NCBI GenBank assembly: GCA_036495095.1
Contig: DASXNK010000159.1
Location: 10,515-74,514, forward strand
Length of the DNA stretch: 64,000 bases
Source of the DNA: Candidatus Dormiibacterota bacterium
Lineage (GTDB): Bacteria; Chloroflexota; Dormibacteria; Aeolococcales; Aeolococcaceae
Direction of reading: 5' to 3'
Shown here: positions 15,761 through 24,867 of the stretch, one piece after another
Layout of the letters: each line of letters opens with the position of its first letter
Position numbering within the stretch: position 1 is the first letter of the stretch
Program-made: the position numbers and the translations under genes
Notes under the pieces: generated by a model
What the model saw: only the letters and a program-made list of their open reading frames with translations
Databases searched by the model: none
What the model was told of the DNA's origin: nothing

Positions 15761-18013
15761 GTGGTGAGCCGGTCACGGCTCGCGGCGGGCCGGTGGCGGC
15801 GGGTGAGACTGCCGGTCGTGCGCACCTCTCCACCCGGATGGCGCCGCGGCCGCCGCCTGCTCGCGATCGCGACGGTGCTGGCCGCGATGACCTCCCTCCG
15901 CCCCGACCCCGGGCTCGCCGCCACCGCCCCGGTGGCGCCCGTCGCCGCCGTCCACGGAGGCGCGGTGCTCGACGGCTTCGGCGGCCTGCATCCCTTCGGC
16001 GGGCTCGCCCTGAACACCAGCGGGTCCACCTACTGGAACGGCTGGGACATCGCCCGCTCGCTCGCCCTCCGCGCCGACGGCTCCGGCGGCTGGGTGCTCG
16101 ACGGCTTCGGCGGCATCCATCCCTTCGGCGCCGCCGCCCCGGTGAGCGGCGCCCCCTACTGGTCGGGGTGGGACATCGCCCGGGCCGTGGTGGTCACCTC
16201 CACCGACGCCGCCGGCGTCGCCGACGGCCGCCAGGGCTACGTCCTCGACGGCTTCGGCGGCGTGCACCCCTGGGGCGGCGCCCCGGTCATCGGCGCCCCT
16301 CCGTACACCGCCGGGCAGGACCGGGCCCGTGGCCTGGAGATCCACCACGACGCCCTCGGCGTGCCCGACGGCGGCTGGGTGCTCGACGCCGCCGGCACCG
16401 TCCACGCCTTCGGGGCGGCGCCGCCGCCCGCCGCCGCACCCTCGCCCGCGGCGCCGGTGTGGCAGGCGCTCCACGCCAGCGGCGCGGCCCTGTACGCGGT
16501 GCCCCGCTGGGGGGTGGTGAGCACCCTTGGACCCGGCATCTCGCCCTTCTGGGACGGCTACGCCGACTGGGGGTCGTGGGACATCCTCCGCGACCTCGTG
16601 CTGGTCGGCGCCCCCAACCCGCTGACCGTCGCCCAGCCGGTGAGCAGCGCCGCGAGCGCCACCCTGGGCTGGGCGAGCCGGTCCCACGGCGGCGCGACCC
16701 TGGACGGCTACGGCGGCCTGCATCCCTTCGGCGGGCTCCCCCTCGACACCACCGGCGCCCCGTACTGGCGGGGCTGGGACATCGCCCGCTCGCTGGCGCT
16801 GCGCGACGACGGCTCCGGGGGCTGGGTGCTCGACGGCTACGGCGGCGTCCACGCGTTCGGGCGCGCCGGCCCGGTGAGCGCCCCCGCCTACTGGGGCGGG
16901 TGGGACATCGCCCGCGCCCTGGTGGTCACCTCGCGCGGCGCCGACGGCCTCGCCGACGGCCGCCAGGGGTACGTGCTCGACGGCTACGGCGGCCTCCACC
17001 CCTGGGGCGGCGCGCCGAACCTGACCTCGTCCGTCTACTGGAGCGGCTGGGACGTCGCCCGCGGCCTCGAGATCCACCTCGACGCCGGCGGCCGGCCCGA
17101 CGGCGGCTGGGTGCTCGACGCCTTCGGCGGCATCCATCCCTTCGGCGCCGCCCCGGCGCTGGCCTCACCCGCCGACTACCTGTCCGGCCGCGACCTCGCC
17201 CTGAAGCTGCACCTCGCCGGCGGCACCGCCTACGTGGTGCGGCGCTTCGGCGGCATCAGCGCCCCCGCGTCGCTGGCCCCGAGCTGGGGGGGCTACACCG
17301 ACTGGGGGGCGTGGGACATCCTCCGCGACACCGTGCTCATCAACCCCGGAGACCCGCGGCCGGTGCCGCAGCCGGTCAGCCCGGCGGCGGCGGTCGCCTA
17401 CCGCACCCAGGCCGACCGGTACACGATGTGGGTCCCGGCGGTGCAGCAGGCCTACGCCCTCGACTGCGAGGCCGCCGCCCTGACCGCCGCGCTCGCCGCC
17501 CGCGGCGTCACCGTGACCCAGGAGTGGGTGCTCGCCCAGATCGGCGCCGACTCCCGCCAGCCCCAGCTCGACGCCAGCCGCCGCATCCTCCGCTGGGGCA
17601 ACCCGAACCTCACCTTCGTCGGCGACGTCAACGGCTCCGAGCCCCGCGACACCGGCTACGGCGTCTACCAGGCGCCGATCGCCGCCGCCGCCCGCGCCGC
17701 GGGCCGCCCCGCCATCGGGGCCCGCGGCTGGGACCCCTGGGCGCTGCTCGACGAGGTCGCCAGGGGCCACCCGGCGGTGATCTGGGTGGACACCACCTTC
17801 ACCCCGGTGACGATGCACCAGTGGACCGCCTGGGACGGCAGCACCGTCGACTACTCGATCGGCGAGCACGCCGTGACCGTCGTCGGGGTCGACGCCGTGG
17901 CCGGGACCATGACCCTGCTGGATGTTGCGCACGCCCAGCTGCGGACGTTCACCATCGCGCAGTTCGTCGGGTTCTTCGCGAGCTTCGGGAACATGGCGGT
18001 GGTGGTGAGCTGA
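15761..18013 (+). CDS. secreted protein: eight LDG(F/Y)GG(L/I/V)HPFG-type repeats in two duplicated modules plus C-terminal peptidase C39-like domain
   Basis: 750-aa ORF. Signal/anchor RRLLAIATVLAAM. Repeats counted by eye. C-terminus QQAYALDCEAAALTAALAARG...GEHAVTVVG resembles papain-like C39-type peptidase domains. Confidence 0.8.
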   Translation: MVSRSRLAAGRWRRVRLPVVRTSPPGWRRGRRLLAIATVLAAMTSLRPDPGLAATAPVAPVAAVHGGAVLDGFGGLHPFGGLALNTSGSTYWNGWDIARSLALRADGSGGWVLDGFGGIHPFGAAAPVSGAPYWSGWDIARAVVVTSTDAAGVADGRQGYVLDGFGGVHPWGGAPVIGAPPYTAGQDRARGLEIHHDALGVPDGGWVLDAAGTVHAFGAAPPPAAAPSPAAPVWQALHASGAALYAVPRWGVVSTLGPGISPFWDGYADWGSWDILRDLVLVGAPNPLTVAQPVSSAASATLGWASRSHGGATLDGYGGLHPFGGLPLDTTGAPYWRGWDIARSLALRDDGSGGWVLDGYGGVHAFGRAGPVSAPAYWGGWDIARALVVTSRGADGLADGRQGYVLDGYGGLHPWGGAPNLTSSVYWSGWDVARGLEIHLDAGGRPDGGWVLDAFGGIHPFGAAPALASPADYLSGRDLALKLHLAGGTAYVVRRFGGISAPASLAPSWGGYTDWGAWDILRDTVLINPGDPRPVPQPVSPAAAVAYRTQADRYTMWVPAVQQAYALDCEAAALTAALAARGVTVTQEWVLAQIGADSRQPQLDASRRILRWGNPNLTFVGDVNGSEPRDTGYGVYQAPIAAAARAAGRPAIGARGWDPWALLDEVARGHPAVIWVDTTFTPVTMHQWTAWDGSTVDYSIGEHAVTVVGVDAVAGTMTLLDVAHAQLRTFTIAQFVGFFASFGNMAVVVS
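15950..17390 (+). repeat. internal tandem duplication (two modules of about 240 aa) inside the repeat protein
   Basis: Module 1 (aa 64-307) and module 2 (aa 308-543) align colinearly: HGGAVLDGFGGLHPFGGLALNTSGSTYWNGWDIARSLALRADGSGGWVLDGFGG vs HGGATLDGYGGLHPFGGLPLDTTGAPYWRGWDIARSLALRDDGSGGWVLDGYGG, and so on. Confidence 0.75.
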
Positions 18014-18033
18014 CCCCGGCGATGACGCCGCCG

Positions 18034-18570
18034 CTACCGGCGCAGCGCCGCCAGCACCTCGTCGGCCACGGCGACCGCCAGCTCGCGCATCTCGTCGTCG
18101 GTGCGGTCCTGGATGGGATGGGGGACGAAGACCCGGCGGATCGCCGGCTGGCCGAGGTTCCGGGCCTCGGCGTCGGCGACCTCGCGGAAGACGCTGGAGG
18201 CCACCAGCACCGCGGGCCGGCCCAGCCCCTCGAAGGAGACCACGTCGTGCAGACCGCACGACACGCACGAGCCTCAATCGGCGAGGGCTTCGACCAGCGC
18301 GTCGCAGCGCTCGGCGATCTCGCGGCGGAGGTCGGCGGGCGCGGGGCGGGTGAAGGTGGGCTTGGCGGTGCGCTCCACCAGGAAGCCGCGATCGCTCAGC
18401 AGCCGCTCGAGCTCGTCGAGGAAGACGTCGCCGCGCGGCTTGCGGATGTCGAGCAGCGCGATCCGCAGCCCGGGGGCACCGTCGATCGGCGCCGCCAGGG
18501 GACGGTCGCCGCTCTCGCGCTCGGCGGTGGGGTCGAGCAGCTCCAGGCCGCCGCCGGAGGTCAGGTCCAT
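18034..18570 (-). CDS. UGSC-motif selenoprotein (in-frame TGA at 18274-18276 read as selenocysteine)
   Basis: ORFs 18274..18951 (3' part from ATG 18570) and 18034..18264 share one frame and are separated only by TGA. Read-through gives ...CDALVEALAD-U-GSCVSCGLHDVV... (178 aa). A SECIS-like hairpin follows. The ATG overlaps the upstream gene's stop (ATGGACCTGA). Confidence 0.8.
18241..18265 (-). promoter_or_regulatory. SECIS-like stem-loop downstream of the in-frame UGA
   Basis: mRNA CGUGUCGUGC-GGUCU-GCACGACGUG: 10-bp stem (8 Watson-Crick plus 2 G-U) with loop GGUCU. The 7-bp perfect upper stem starts exactly 11 nt after the UGA, as in the E. coli fdhF SECIS, whose apical loop is also GGUC-type. 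Confidence 0.7.
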
Positions 18571-20090
18571 GGCTCCACGCTCCTCGTCACCGGGGTCGAG
18601 CCGATCTCGCCCGACGCCCACATCCCGTACACCATGCTGAAGAGGCCGGCGCTGCCGCCGGCGTGGACCAGTCCGATCCGGTCGGGGCCGGCGAACTTGG
18701 TGATGGGGCCGTCGGGGTTGCCCCCGAAGACGGCGGGGTCGAGGCCCTCGGGCGACCCGCCGGCACCGCGGAGCATGTCGCCGATCCGCGAGGTGGTGCG
18801 GCGCATCAGCTCCTCGCGGGTCCGGGCCCGGTCCCAGCCGGCCTCGCGCAGGATGCGCCCGTGCTCCGGCCCGATCACCAGCAGCGCGTCCCAGATGAAC
18901 AGCTGCTTGGGGTGGGCCACCGATTGCAGCGCGAGGGCGAGGCTGGCGCACAGGCCCTCGGGGTCACGGGCGATCTGGTCGAGGATCAGCCGGGGCGCCT
19001 CGGCGGCGTAGAGGGTCACCGTGGTCTCGCCGGCGTCGAAGCCGCGGTCGGCGGACAGGGGCTCCCAGGGCGAGCCCTCCTGCAGCTCGGCGAAGCAGGC
19101 GCCGACCTTGCCCGGCTGGCCGTGGGCGGAGCGGTCCTCGAGCTGGGGGCGGCCGCCGCCGATGTTGCGCACCACCAGCTGGAGGCTCCTGCCGATGCCG
19201 AGGTTGGCCCGGTTGCCCTGACCCAGGCAGTTGCCCCGGGCGTTCATCCCCACCCGCTCGGTGAGCGGACCGCTGGCCACCACCAGCGGCCCCGCCGGAT
19301 GGGTGGTGGCGAGCAGCCCGTGCATGCTGAAGCGCTCCTCGCAGGCGGCGTCGACGGCGGCGAGGACGAAGGGCAGATGCTCGGGCCGGCAGCCGGCCAT
19401 CACCGCGTTGACCGCCACCTTCTCGACGGTGGCGGTGCCGCCGTAGGGGGGCACCACCCCGACCACGTCCTGGGGGTCGCGACGGGTGCCCTCGAGCATC
19501 GCGACCACCCGCTCGGGGGTGGGCGGCACCACCGGCAGCCCATCGGTGACGCCGCGCTCGAACAGGGCCTCGTGGGGGTCCTCGTGGGCGCCGATGATCA
19601 GCGACCGCGAGCGCAGCCGGCCCTCGGCCCTGGCCGCGCGCACCGCGAGGGCGGCGGCGATCCGCGGGTCGCGGGTGCGGCTGGCGCAGCCGGGGCGATG
19701 GGCGGGGAGGCCGTCGAGGTGGAGCGCGAACCCCGCCTCGGCGGCGAGCCCGGCGATGCGGTCTCGGGCCAGGCCCTCGACCCGCCCGTGCTCCTCGCCG
19801 CCGTCGAGCAGCAGCACCGTGGGCACCGCGTCGGGGTCGAAGCGGGCGCTCAGCTCCAACCCCTCGTCGAGCTCCACGGGGGAGACGAGCCGGAGCCGCT
19901 CCCACAGTGCCGCGGTGTCGCCGCCGTCCGACTGCGAGACGATGCGCAGGGGGGCGCCGTCCGCCGCCGCCGCGTCGAGGGCGGGGAGCAGCTCGACGCA
20001 CACCGGGCAGTCGTGCTTGATGATGGCGACCAGCTCTCGGGCCACCCGAGGATTATGGTCCCGACGCCTAGCGGAGCAGCGTTCCCGCAT
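18561..20090 (-). CDS. thioredoxin-fold (CPVC) domain fused to a large domain of unknown function
   Basis: 509-aa ORF. N-terminus LVAIIKHDCPVCVELLPALD...VPTVLLLDGGEE is thioredoxin-like. The rest (TDGLPVVPPTPERV, VEKVAVNAVMAGCRPEHLP, NARGNCLGQGNRANLGIGRS) I cannot name. GTG 20045 is an alternative start downstream of the SDR stop. Confidence 0.8.
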   Translation of the reverse strand: MRERCSARRRDHNPRVARELVAIIKHDCPVCVELLPALDAAAADGAPLRIVSQSDGGDTAALWERLRLVSPVELDEGLELSARFDPDAVPTVLLLDGGEEHGRVEGLARDRIAGLAAEAGFALHLDGLPAHRPGCASRTRDPRIAAALAVRAARAEGRLRSRSLIIGAHEDPHEALFERGVTDGLPVVPPTPERVVAMLEGTRRDPQDVVGVVPPYGGTATVEKVAVNAVMAGCRPEHLPFVLAAVDAACEERFSMHGLLATTHPAGPLVVASGPLTERVGMNARGNCLGQGNRANLGIGRSLQLVVRNIGGGRPQLEDRSAHGQPGKVGACFAELQEGSPWEPLSADRGFDAGETTVTLYAAEAPRLILDQIARDPEGLCASLALALQSVAHPKQLFIWDALLVIGPEHGRILREAGWDRARTREELMRRTTSRIGDMLRGAGGSPEGLDPAVFGGNPDGPITKFAGPDRIGLVHAGGSAGLFSMVYGMWASGEIGSTPVTRSVEPWT

Positions 20091-20874
20091 CGACGGGCAG
20101 CACCGCGCCGGTGACGTGGCGGGCGGCGTCGGAGCAGAGCCAGACCACCGCGGCGCTGACGTCCTCGGGCTCGACCAGGTCGACGGGGAGGGCGGCGGTC
20201 AGGCTGTGGGCGAGGTGGGGATCGGCCTCCATCACCCCCTGCATCTGCGGATTCGTGCCCATGGGCGTGCGCACGCCGCCGGGGGCGACGCAGTTCACCC
20301 GGATGCGATGGGCCGCCAGCTCGAGGGCCAGCGACCGGGCCAGCCCGATGCAGCCGTGCTTGGCGGCCGCGTAGTGCGCCATCCCGCTCAGCCCCTTGAG
20401 CGCCGCCGTCGAGGTGGCGATCACGATGGCGCCGCCCTCGCCGCCGGCGAGCATCGCCGGCACCGCCGCCCGGCAGGTCCGCCACACCCCGGTGAGGTTG
20501 ACCCCGACCACCTCGTCCCACTGCGCGTCGCTCAGCTCCCAGGCGGCGCCGTAGCTGATCACCCCGGCGTTGGCGACCACGGTGTCGAGCCGGCCGAGGC
20601 GTGCGACGGCGCGCTCGACCAGCTCCGCCAGGGCGGCGCCGTCGCGGACGTCCAGCACCGCGGAGACGCAGCGGCGCCCCTCCGCCTCCACCAGCAGCGC
20701 CGTCCCGGCGAGCTCCTCGGCGGTGCCCAGCGGGTAGGGGACGGTGGCGAGCGGCGCGGCCAGGTCGCACACCGCGACGTCGGCGCCGGCGCGGGCGAGA
20801 GCGACCGCGTGGGAGCGCCCCTGGCCCCGGGCGGCGCCGGTCACCAGAGCGACCCTGCCCTCCAGCATGCTCAC
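20068..20874 (-). CDS. SDR family oxidoreductase, mycofactocin-coupled subtype
   Basis: [26 protein letters not shown], insertion [12 protein letters not shown], catalytic YAAAKHG. This motif set is what I recall for TIGR03971-type mycofactocin-coupled SDRs, and mftABC lie 11 kb away. Confidence 0.9.
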   Translation of the reverse strand: MSMLEGRVALVTGAARGQGRSHAVALARAGADVAVCDLAAPLATVPYPLGTAEELAGTALLVEAEGRRCVSAVLDVRDGAALAELVERAVARLGRLDTVVANAGVISYGAAWELSDAQWDEVVGVNLTGVWRTCRAAVPAMLAGGEGGAIVIATSTAALKGLSGMAHYAAAKHGCIGLARSLALELAAHRIRVNCVAPGGVRTPMGTNPQMQGVMEADPHLAHSLTAALPVDLVEPEDVSAAVVWLCSDAARHVTGAVLPVDAGTLLR

Positions 20875-20921
20875 TCCTGAGACGATACGTGGGCCGATGC
20901 CACCGAGAGGAGGATTCCCGC

Positions 20922-22562
20922 ATGCCCGCGCCCTCGTATGTCCACGGAGCTCACCCGGTGCCGCTGCTGGGGGAGACGATCGGCGAGAACCTGCGCCGCA
21001 CCGTGCAGCGGTTCGCCGACCGTGAGGCGCTGGTGGTGCGCGAGCAGGGCTACCGGGCCACCTACGGCGAGCTCTGGGAGCAGGTGGGCGAGGCCGCCCG
21101 TGGGCTGATGGCCCGCGGGGTGGGCCGCGGCGACCGGGTCGGCATCTGGTCGCCCAACCGCAGCGAGTGGGTGGTGGTCCAGTACGCCACCGCGCGGATC
21201 GGCGCCATCCTCGTGAACATCAACCCCGCCTACCGCACCGCCGAGCTCGAGTACGCGCTCAACCAGTCCGGGGTGAGCTTCCTGATCCTCGCCCGCGCCT
21301 TCCGCCAGGCCGACTACGCGGGCATGCTCGGCCAGGTCCGCGGCAGCTGCCCGGAGCTGCGCGAGGCGCTGGTGCTCGAGGACGGCTGGGAGGCGCTGCT
21401 CCGCGACTCGGACCGGGTCTCCGAGGCGCGGCTGGCCGAGCGCGAGGCGGGGCTGCAGTTCGACGACCCCATCAACATCCAGTACACGTCGGGCACCACC
21501 GGTTTCCCCAAGGGCGCGACCCTGTCGCACCACAGCATCCTCAACAACGGCTTCTTCATCGGCGAGGCGCTGCGCTACACCGAGGCCGACCGGGTCTGCA
21601 TCCCGGTGCCCTTCTACCACTGCTTCGGCATGGTGCTCGGCAACCTGGCCTGCACCACCCACGGCAGCACCATGGTGATCCCCGGCGAGGCCTACGACCC
21701 GGTGGCGGTGATGGAGACGGTCCAGGCGGAGCGCTGCACCTCGCTCTACGGGGTGCCGACGATGTTCATCGGCGAGCTCGACCACCCCCGCTTCTCCGAG
21801 TTCGACTTCTCCTCGCTGCGCACCGGGATCATGGCCGGCTCGCCCTGCCCCGTCGAGGTGATGAAGCGGGTGCAGTCGACGATGTCCATGACCGAGGTCA
21901 CGATCGCCTACGGGATGACCGAGACCTCGCCGGTCTCCACCCAGAGCGCCACCGACGACCCGCTGGAGAAGCGGGTCTCCACGGTCGGCCGGATCCACCC
22001 CCACGTCGAGATCAAGGTGGTCGACCCCGAGACCGGCGCGGTCGTGCCCCGGGGCGAGCGCGGCGAGCTCTGCACCCGCGGCTACAACGTGATGCTCGGC
22101 TACTGGAACAACGAGGAGGCCACCCGGGCGGCGATCGACGCCGGCCGCTGGATGCACACCGGCGACCTGGCGGTGATGGACGACGACGGCTACCTGAACA
22201 TCGTCGGCCGGATCAAGGACATGATCATCCGGGGCGGCGAGAACATCTATCCGCGGGAGATCGAGGAGTTCCTCTACGGCCATCCCGACGTCGCCGACGT
22301 CCAGGTGATCGGCGTCCCCAGCGAGCGGTACGGCGAGGAGGTGATGGCCTGGGTGAAGCTGCGCGAGGGCGCGGCGATCACCGGCGATCAGCTCACCGAG
22401 CACTGCCGCGGGAAGATCGCCGGCTTCAAGATCCCCCGCTACTGGAAGTTCGTCGACGAGTTCCCGATGACCGTCACCGGCAAGATCCAGAAGTTCCGGA
22501 TGCGCGAGGCCGCGGTCGAGGAGCTGGGGCTGGAGGCGGCGGCGGGGGTGCGCACCGCGTGA
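20922..22562 (+). CDS. AMP-binding acyl-CoA synthetase (fatty-acid--CoA ligase)
   Basis: GAGAGGAGGA before ATG 20922. [53 protein letters not shown] motifs. Confidence 0.9.
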   Translation: MPAPSYVHGAHPVPLLGETIGENLRRTVQRFADREALVVREQGYRATYGELWEQVGEAARGLMARGVGRGDRVGIWSPNRSEWVVVQYATARIGAILVNINPAYRTAELEYALNQSGVSFLILARAFRQADYAGMLGQVRGSCPELREALVLEDGWEALLRDSDRVSEARLAEREAGLQFDDPINIQYTSGTTGFPKGATLSHHSILNNGFFIGEALRYTEADRVCIPVPFYHCFGMVLGNLACTTHGSTMVIPGEAYDPVAVMETVQAERCTSLYGVPTMFIGELDHPRFSEFDFSSLRTGIMAGSPCPVEVMKRVQSTMSMTEVTIAYGMTETSPVSTQSATDDPLEKRVSTVGRIHPHVEIKVVDPETGAVVPRGERGELCTRGYNVMLGYWNNEEATRAAIDAGRWMHTGDLAVMDDDGYLNIVGRIKDMIIRGGENIYPREIEEFLYGHPDVADVQVIGVPSERYGEEVMAWVKLREGAAITGDQLTEHCRGKIAGFKIPRYWKFVDEFPMTVTGKIQKFRMREAAVEELGLEAAAGVRTA

Positions 22563-24553
22563 CCGCCACCGGCGGGGGCCCCGTGGCGCCGCCGTCGGTC
22601 ACCCCGGACCTCGGCCCGCTCCTCGAGCCGCTGCGCCTCGGTGGCCACACCGCGCCCTCGCGGGTGGCCTTCACCGCGCACACCACCAACCTCGCCGAGG
22701 GCGGGCTGCCCGGGCCGGGCCACGCCGCGTACTACGCGCGCCGGGCCCGGGGCGGCGCCGGGCTGATCGTCGCCGAGGAGGTGTGCGTCCACCCCAGCGA
22801 CCACCCCCTCGATCGCTCGATGCGCGGCCACGACCCGGCGATCGTGCCCGCCTACGCGGCGCTCGCCGCGGTGGTGCGCCCCCACGGGTCGTTGCTCTGC
22901 GTGCAGCTCAACCACAGCGGCATGCAGGGCTCGGGGCATCCGCGACGGCAGGCGGTGTGGGCGCCGTCGGCGGTGCCCAACCCCTCCACGATGGAGATGC
23001 CCAAGGTGATGGAGGCGGAGGACATCGCCGCCCTCGTCGAGGGCTTCGCCGGGTGCGCCCGGCTGGCGATGGCCGGCGGGCTCCACGGGGTGGAGGTCAA
23101 CGCGGGCCAGCACTCGCTGCTCCGCCAGTTCCTCTCGCCCCTCACCAACCAGCGCGGCGATGGCTACGGCGGCGGTCTGGAGGGCAGGGCGCGGCTGCTC
23201 CGCGAGGTGCTCGCGGCGGTGCGCGACGCCGTCGGGCCGGCCGGGCTGGTGGGCCTGCGCCTCTGCGCCGACGAGTTCGCCCCCTGGGCGGGGATCACCC
23301 CCGATCAGGCCCCGGAGATCGCCGCCCACCTGCTCGCCCCCGGCGGCGTCGACTGGGTGAGCGTGGTGGTCGGCTCGATCTACAGCATCCATGCCACCCG
23401 GGCGGCGATGCACACCCCGCCCGGCTACGCCCTCGACGTGGCCCGGGCGGTCCGGGCGGTGGCCGGGGGGGTGCCCGTGCTCGCCACCGGCAGCCTGGTC
23501 GACCCCGCCCCCGCGGCCGCCGCGATCGCCTCCGGGGCGGCCGACGGAGTGGAGATGACCAGGGCGCTGATCGCCGATCCCGACCTCGTCGCCCGGGTCC
23601 GCGAGGGCGGTGCCGGCCGGGTGCGTCCCTGTATCCGCTGCAACCAGGACTGCGTGGTCCGCACCGCCCAGAACGCGGTGGTGAGCTGCATCCACAACCC
23701 CGAGGCGGGCCACGAGGCCGCGTTCCCCGCGCCCGCCCCGGCGGCCCACCCCCGCCGGGTGCTGGTGGTCGGCGGCGGACCCGCCGGGATGGAGGCGGCC
23801 CGGCTGGCGGCGCTCCGCGGCCACCGGGTCACCCTGCTGGAGCGCTCCCCGCGGCTCGGCGGCACCCCCGCCCTGGTCGCCACCGCGCCGCTGCGGGCCC
23901 CGATGGCCGAGGTCGCCGCCTGGCTCGCCGCCCGGCTCGACGAGCTCGGCGTCGAGATGCGGCTCGGGGTCGAGGCCACCGTCGAGGGCGTGCTCGACGC
24001 CGGCGCCGCCGTGGTGGTGCTCGCCACCGGCGGGCGGATGCGCCCCGTCGAGGGCCCCGAGGCGGCCGCCGGCGCCGTGGTGGGGGTGCGCGACGTGCTC
24101 CGTGGCAGGCTCCCGGGCAGCGGCCGGGTGGCGGTCATCGACCGCGAGGGCGGCCAGCCCGCGATCGACGCCGCCGAGGCCGCCGCCGCCGCCGGGCGGC
24201 CCGTGGTGATCGTCAGCGAGGACGCCTTCGTCTCCAGCCGGCTCGGGCTCACCGGCGAGTTCGCCCCCTGGTACCGCCGCGCCGCCGCCCTCGGCATCGA
24301 GCTGATCCCCCAGTCGGTGGTGGTGGCCGCCGCCCCCGGAGAGCTGACCCTGCGGCACCGCTTCGGCGACGGGACCCGCCGGCTGGAGGGCGTCGGCGCG
24401 GTGGTGGTCGCCGACCACGAGCTCGCCGACGACGCCCTCCACCGCGGGCTCAGCGGCCGGGTCGCCGAGCTGCACCGCGCCGGCGACTGCATCGCCCCCC
24501 GCCGCGTCCTCCACGCGGTCCTCGAGGGCAACCGGGTCGGCCGCGCGGTCTGA
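22559..24553 (+). CDS. FadH/OYE-family oxidoreductase (old-yellow-enzyme TIM barrel plus FAD/NAD(P) domain), mycofactocin-system type, copy 1
   Basis: GTG 22559 overlaps the ligase stop (GTGA). [69 protein letters not shown]. Same architecture as 2,4-dienoyl-CoA reductase. Confidence 0.9.
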   Translation: MTATGGGPVAPPSVTPDLGPLLEPLRLGGHTAPSRVAFTAHTTNLAEGGLPGPGHAAYYARRARGGAGLIVAEEVCVHPSDHPLDRSMRGHDPAIVPAYAALAAVVRPHGSLLCVQLNHSGMQGSGHPRRQAVWAPSAVPNPSTMEMPKVMEAEDIAALVEGFAGCARLAMAGGLHGVEVNAGQHSLLRQFLSPLTNQRGDGYGGGLEGRARLLREVLAAVRDAVGPAGLVGLRLCADEFAPWAGITPDQAPEIAAHLLAPGGVDWVSVVVGSIYSIHATRAAMHTPPGYALDVARAVRAVAGGVPVLATGSLVDPAPAAAAIASGAADGVEMTRALIADPDLVARVREGGAGRVRPCIRCNQDCVVRTAQNAVVSCIHNPEAGHEAAFPAPAPAAHPRRVLVVGGGPAGMEAARLAALRGHRVTLLERSPRLGGTPALVATAPLRAPMAEVAAWLAARLDELGVEMRLGVEATVEGVLDAGAAVVVLATGGRMRPVEGPEAAAGAVVGVRDVLRGRLPGSGRVAVIDREGGQPAIDAAEAAAAAGRPVVIVSEDAFVSSRLGLTGEFAPWYRRAAALGIELIPQSVVVAAAPGELTLRHRFGDGTRRLEGVGAVVVADHELADDALHRGLSGRVAELHRAGDCIAPRRVLHAVLEGNRVGRAV

Positions 24554-24743
24554 CAGTCGGGGCGGCCCCCTCGCTTGGAATCCCAAGCAGGATGCTGCCC
24601 ACGCTGCATAGGGCAGCTGCACACTCCTTCCGAAGCTGGAGGAGGAGGTCTGCCAGTCCCCTGCCCATGGCTCGGGCAGTCGCCTGCGAAGGCTCGGCCC
24701 AGCGCATGCTGCCCAGGACTGTGGGCGCCCAGCCTGGGGATGA

Positions 24744-24799
24744 GTGGAAAAACCTGTGGAATCAGTGGGTTACTGCAGTCCGGAGTCGTGGATTTCCAC
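24744..24799 (+). repeat. cluster of GTGG(A/G)(A/T)(A/T)-type boxes in the lower-GC spacer upstream of the ParB-like gene
   Basis: GTGGAAAAAC (24744), TGTGGAATC (24755), GTGGGTTAC (24765), GTGGATTTCCAC (24788; arms GTGGA/TCCAC). GTGG starts are 12, 9 and 23 nt apart. Confidence 0.4.
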
Positions 24800-24867
24800 G
24801 ATCCGGGGGGCGATGATGGAAGCGGCGGCGAAGGGCGGTGAAGGGCGTGTGAGGGGGAAGGGTTCCG

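Noticed and set aside
15742-19011. 1089-aa ORF on the plus strand spanning the repeat protein and the selenoprotein locus
   Set aside because: An Arg/Pro-rich shadow frame. The frame starting at 15761 gives the repeat/C39-like protein, and the minus strand gives the UGSC gene.
24575-24841. 88-aa Cys-rich ORF (MESQAGCCPRCIGQLH...) in the spacer before the ParB-like gene; considered as a possible RiPP-like or metal-binding peptide
   Set aside because: TTG start without an RBS. Roughly half of its third codon positions are A/T, whereas genuine genes here are almost all G/C at that position. Kept only as part of the unexplained-spacer finding.
24554-24867. Possible known ncRNA (RNase P RNA, SRP RNA, 6S, tmRNA) because of GCATAGGGCAG and CCTTCCGAAGC strings
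   Set aside because: The universal RNase P P4 elements (GAGGAAAGTCC..., ACAGAACCCGGCTTA), the SRP GGAA/AGCAGC motif and the tmRNA ends are all absent. The resemblance is limited to short strings.
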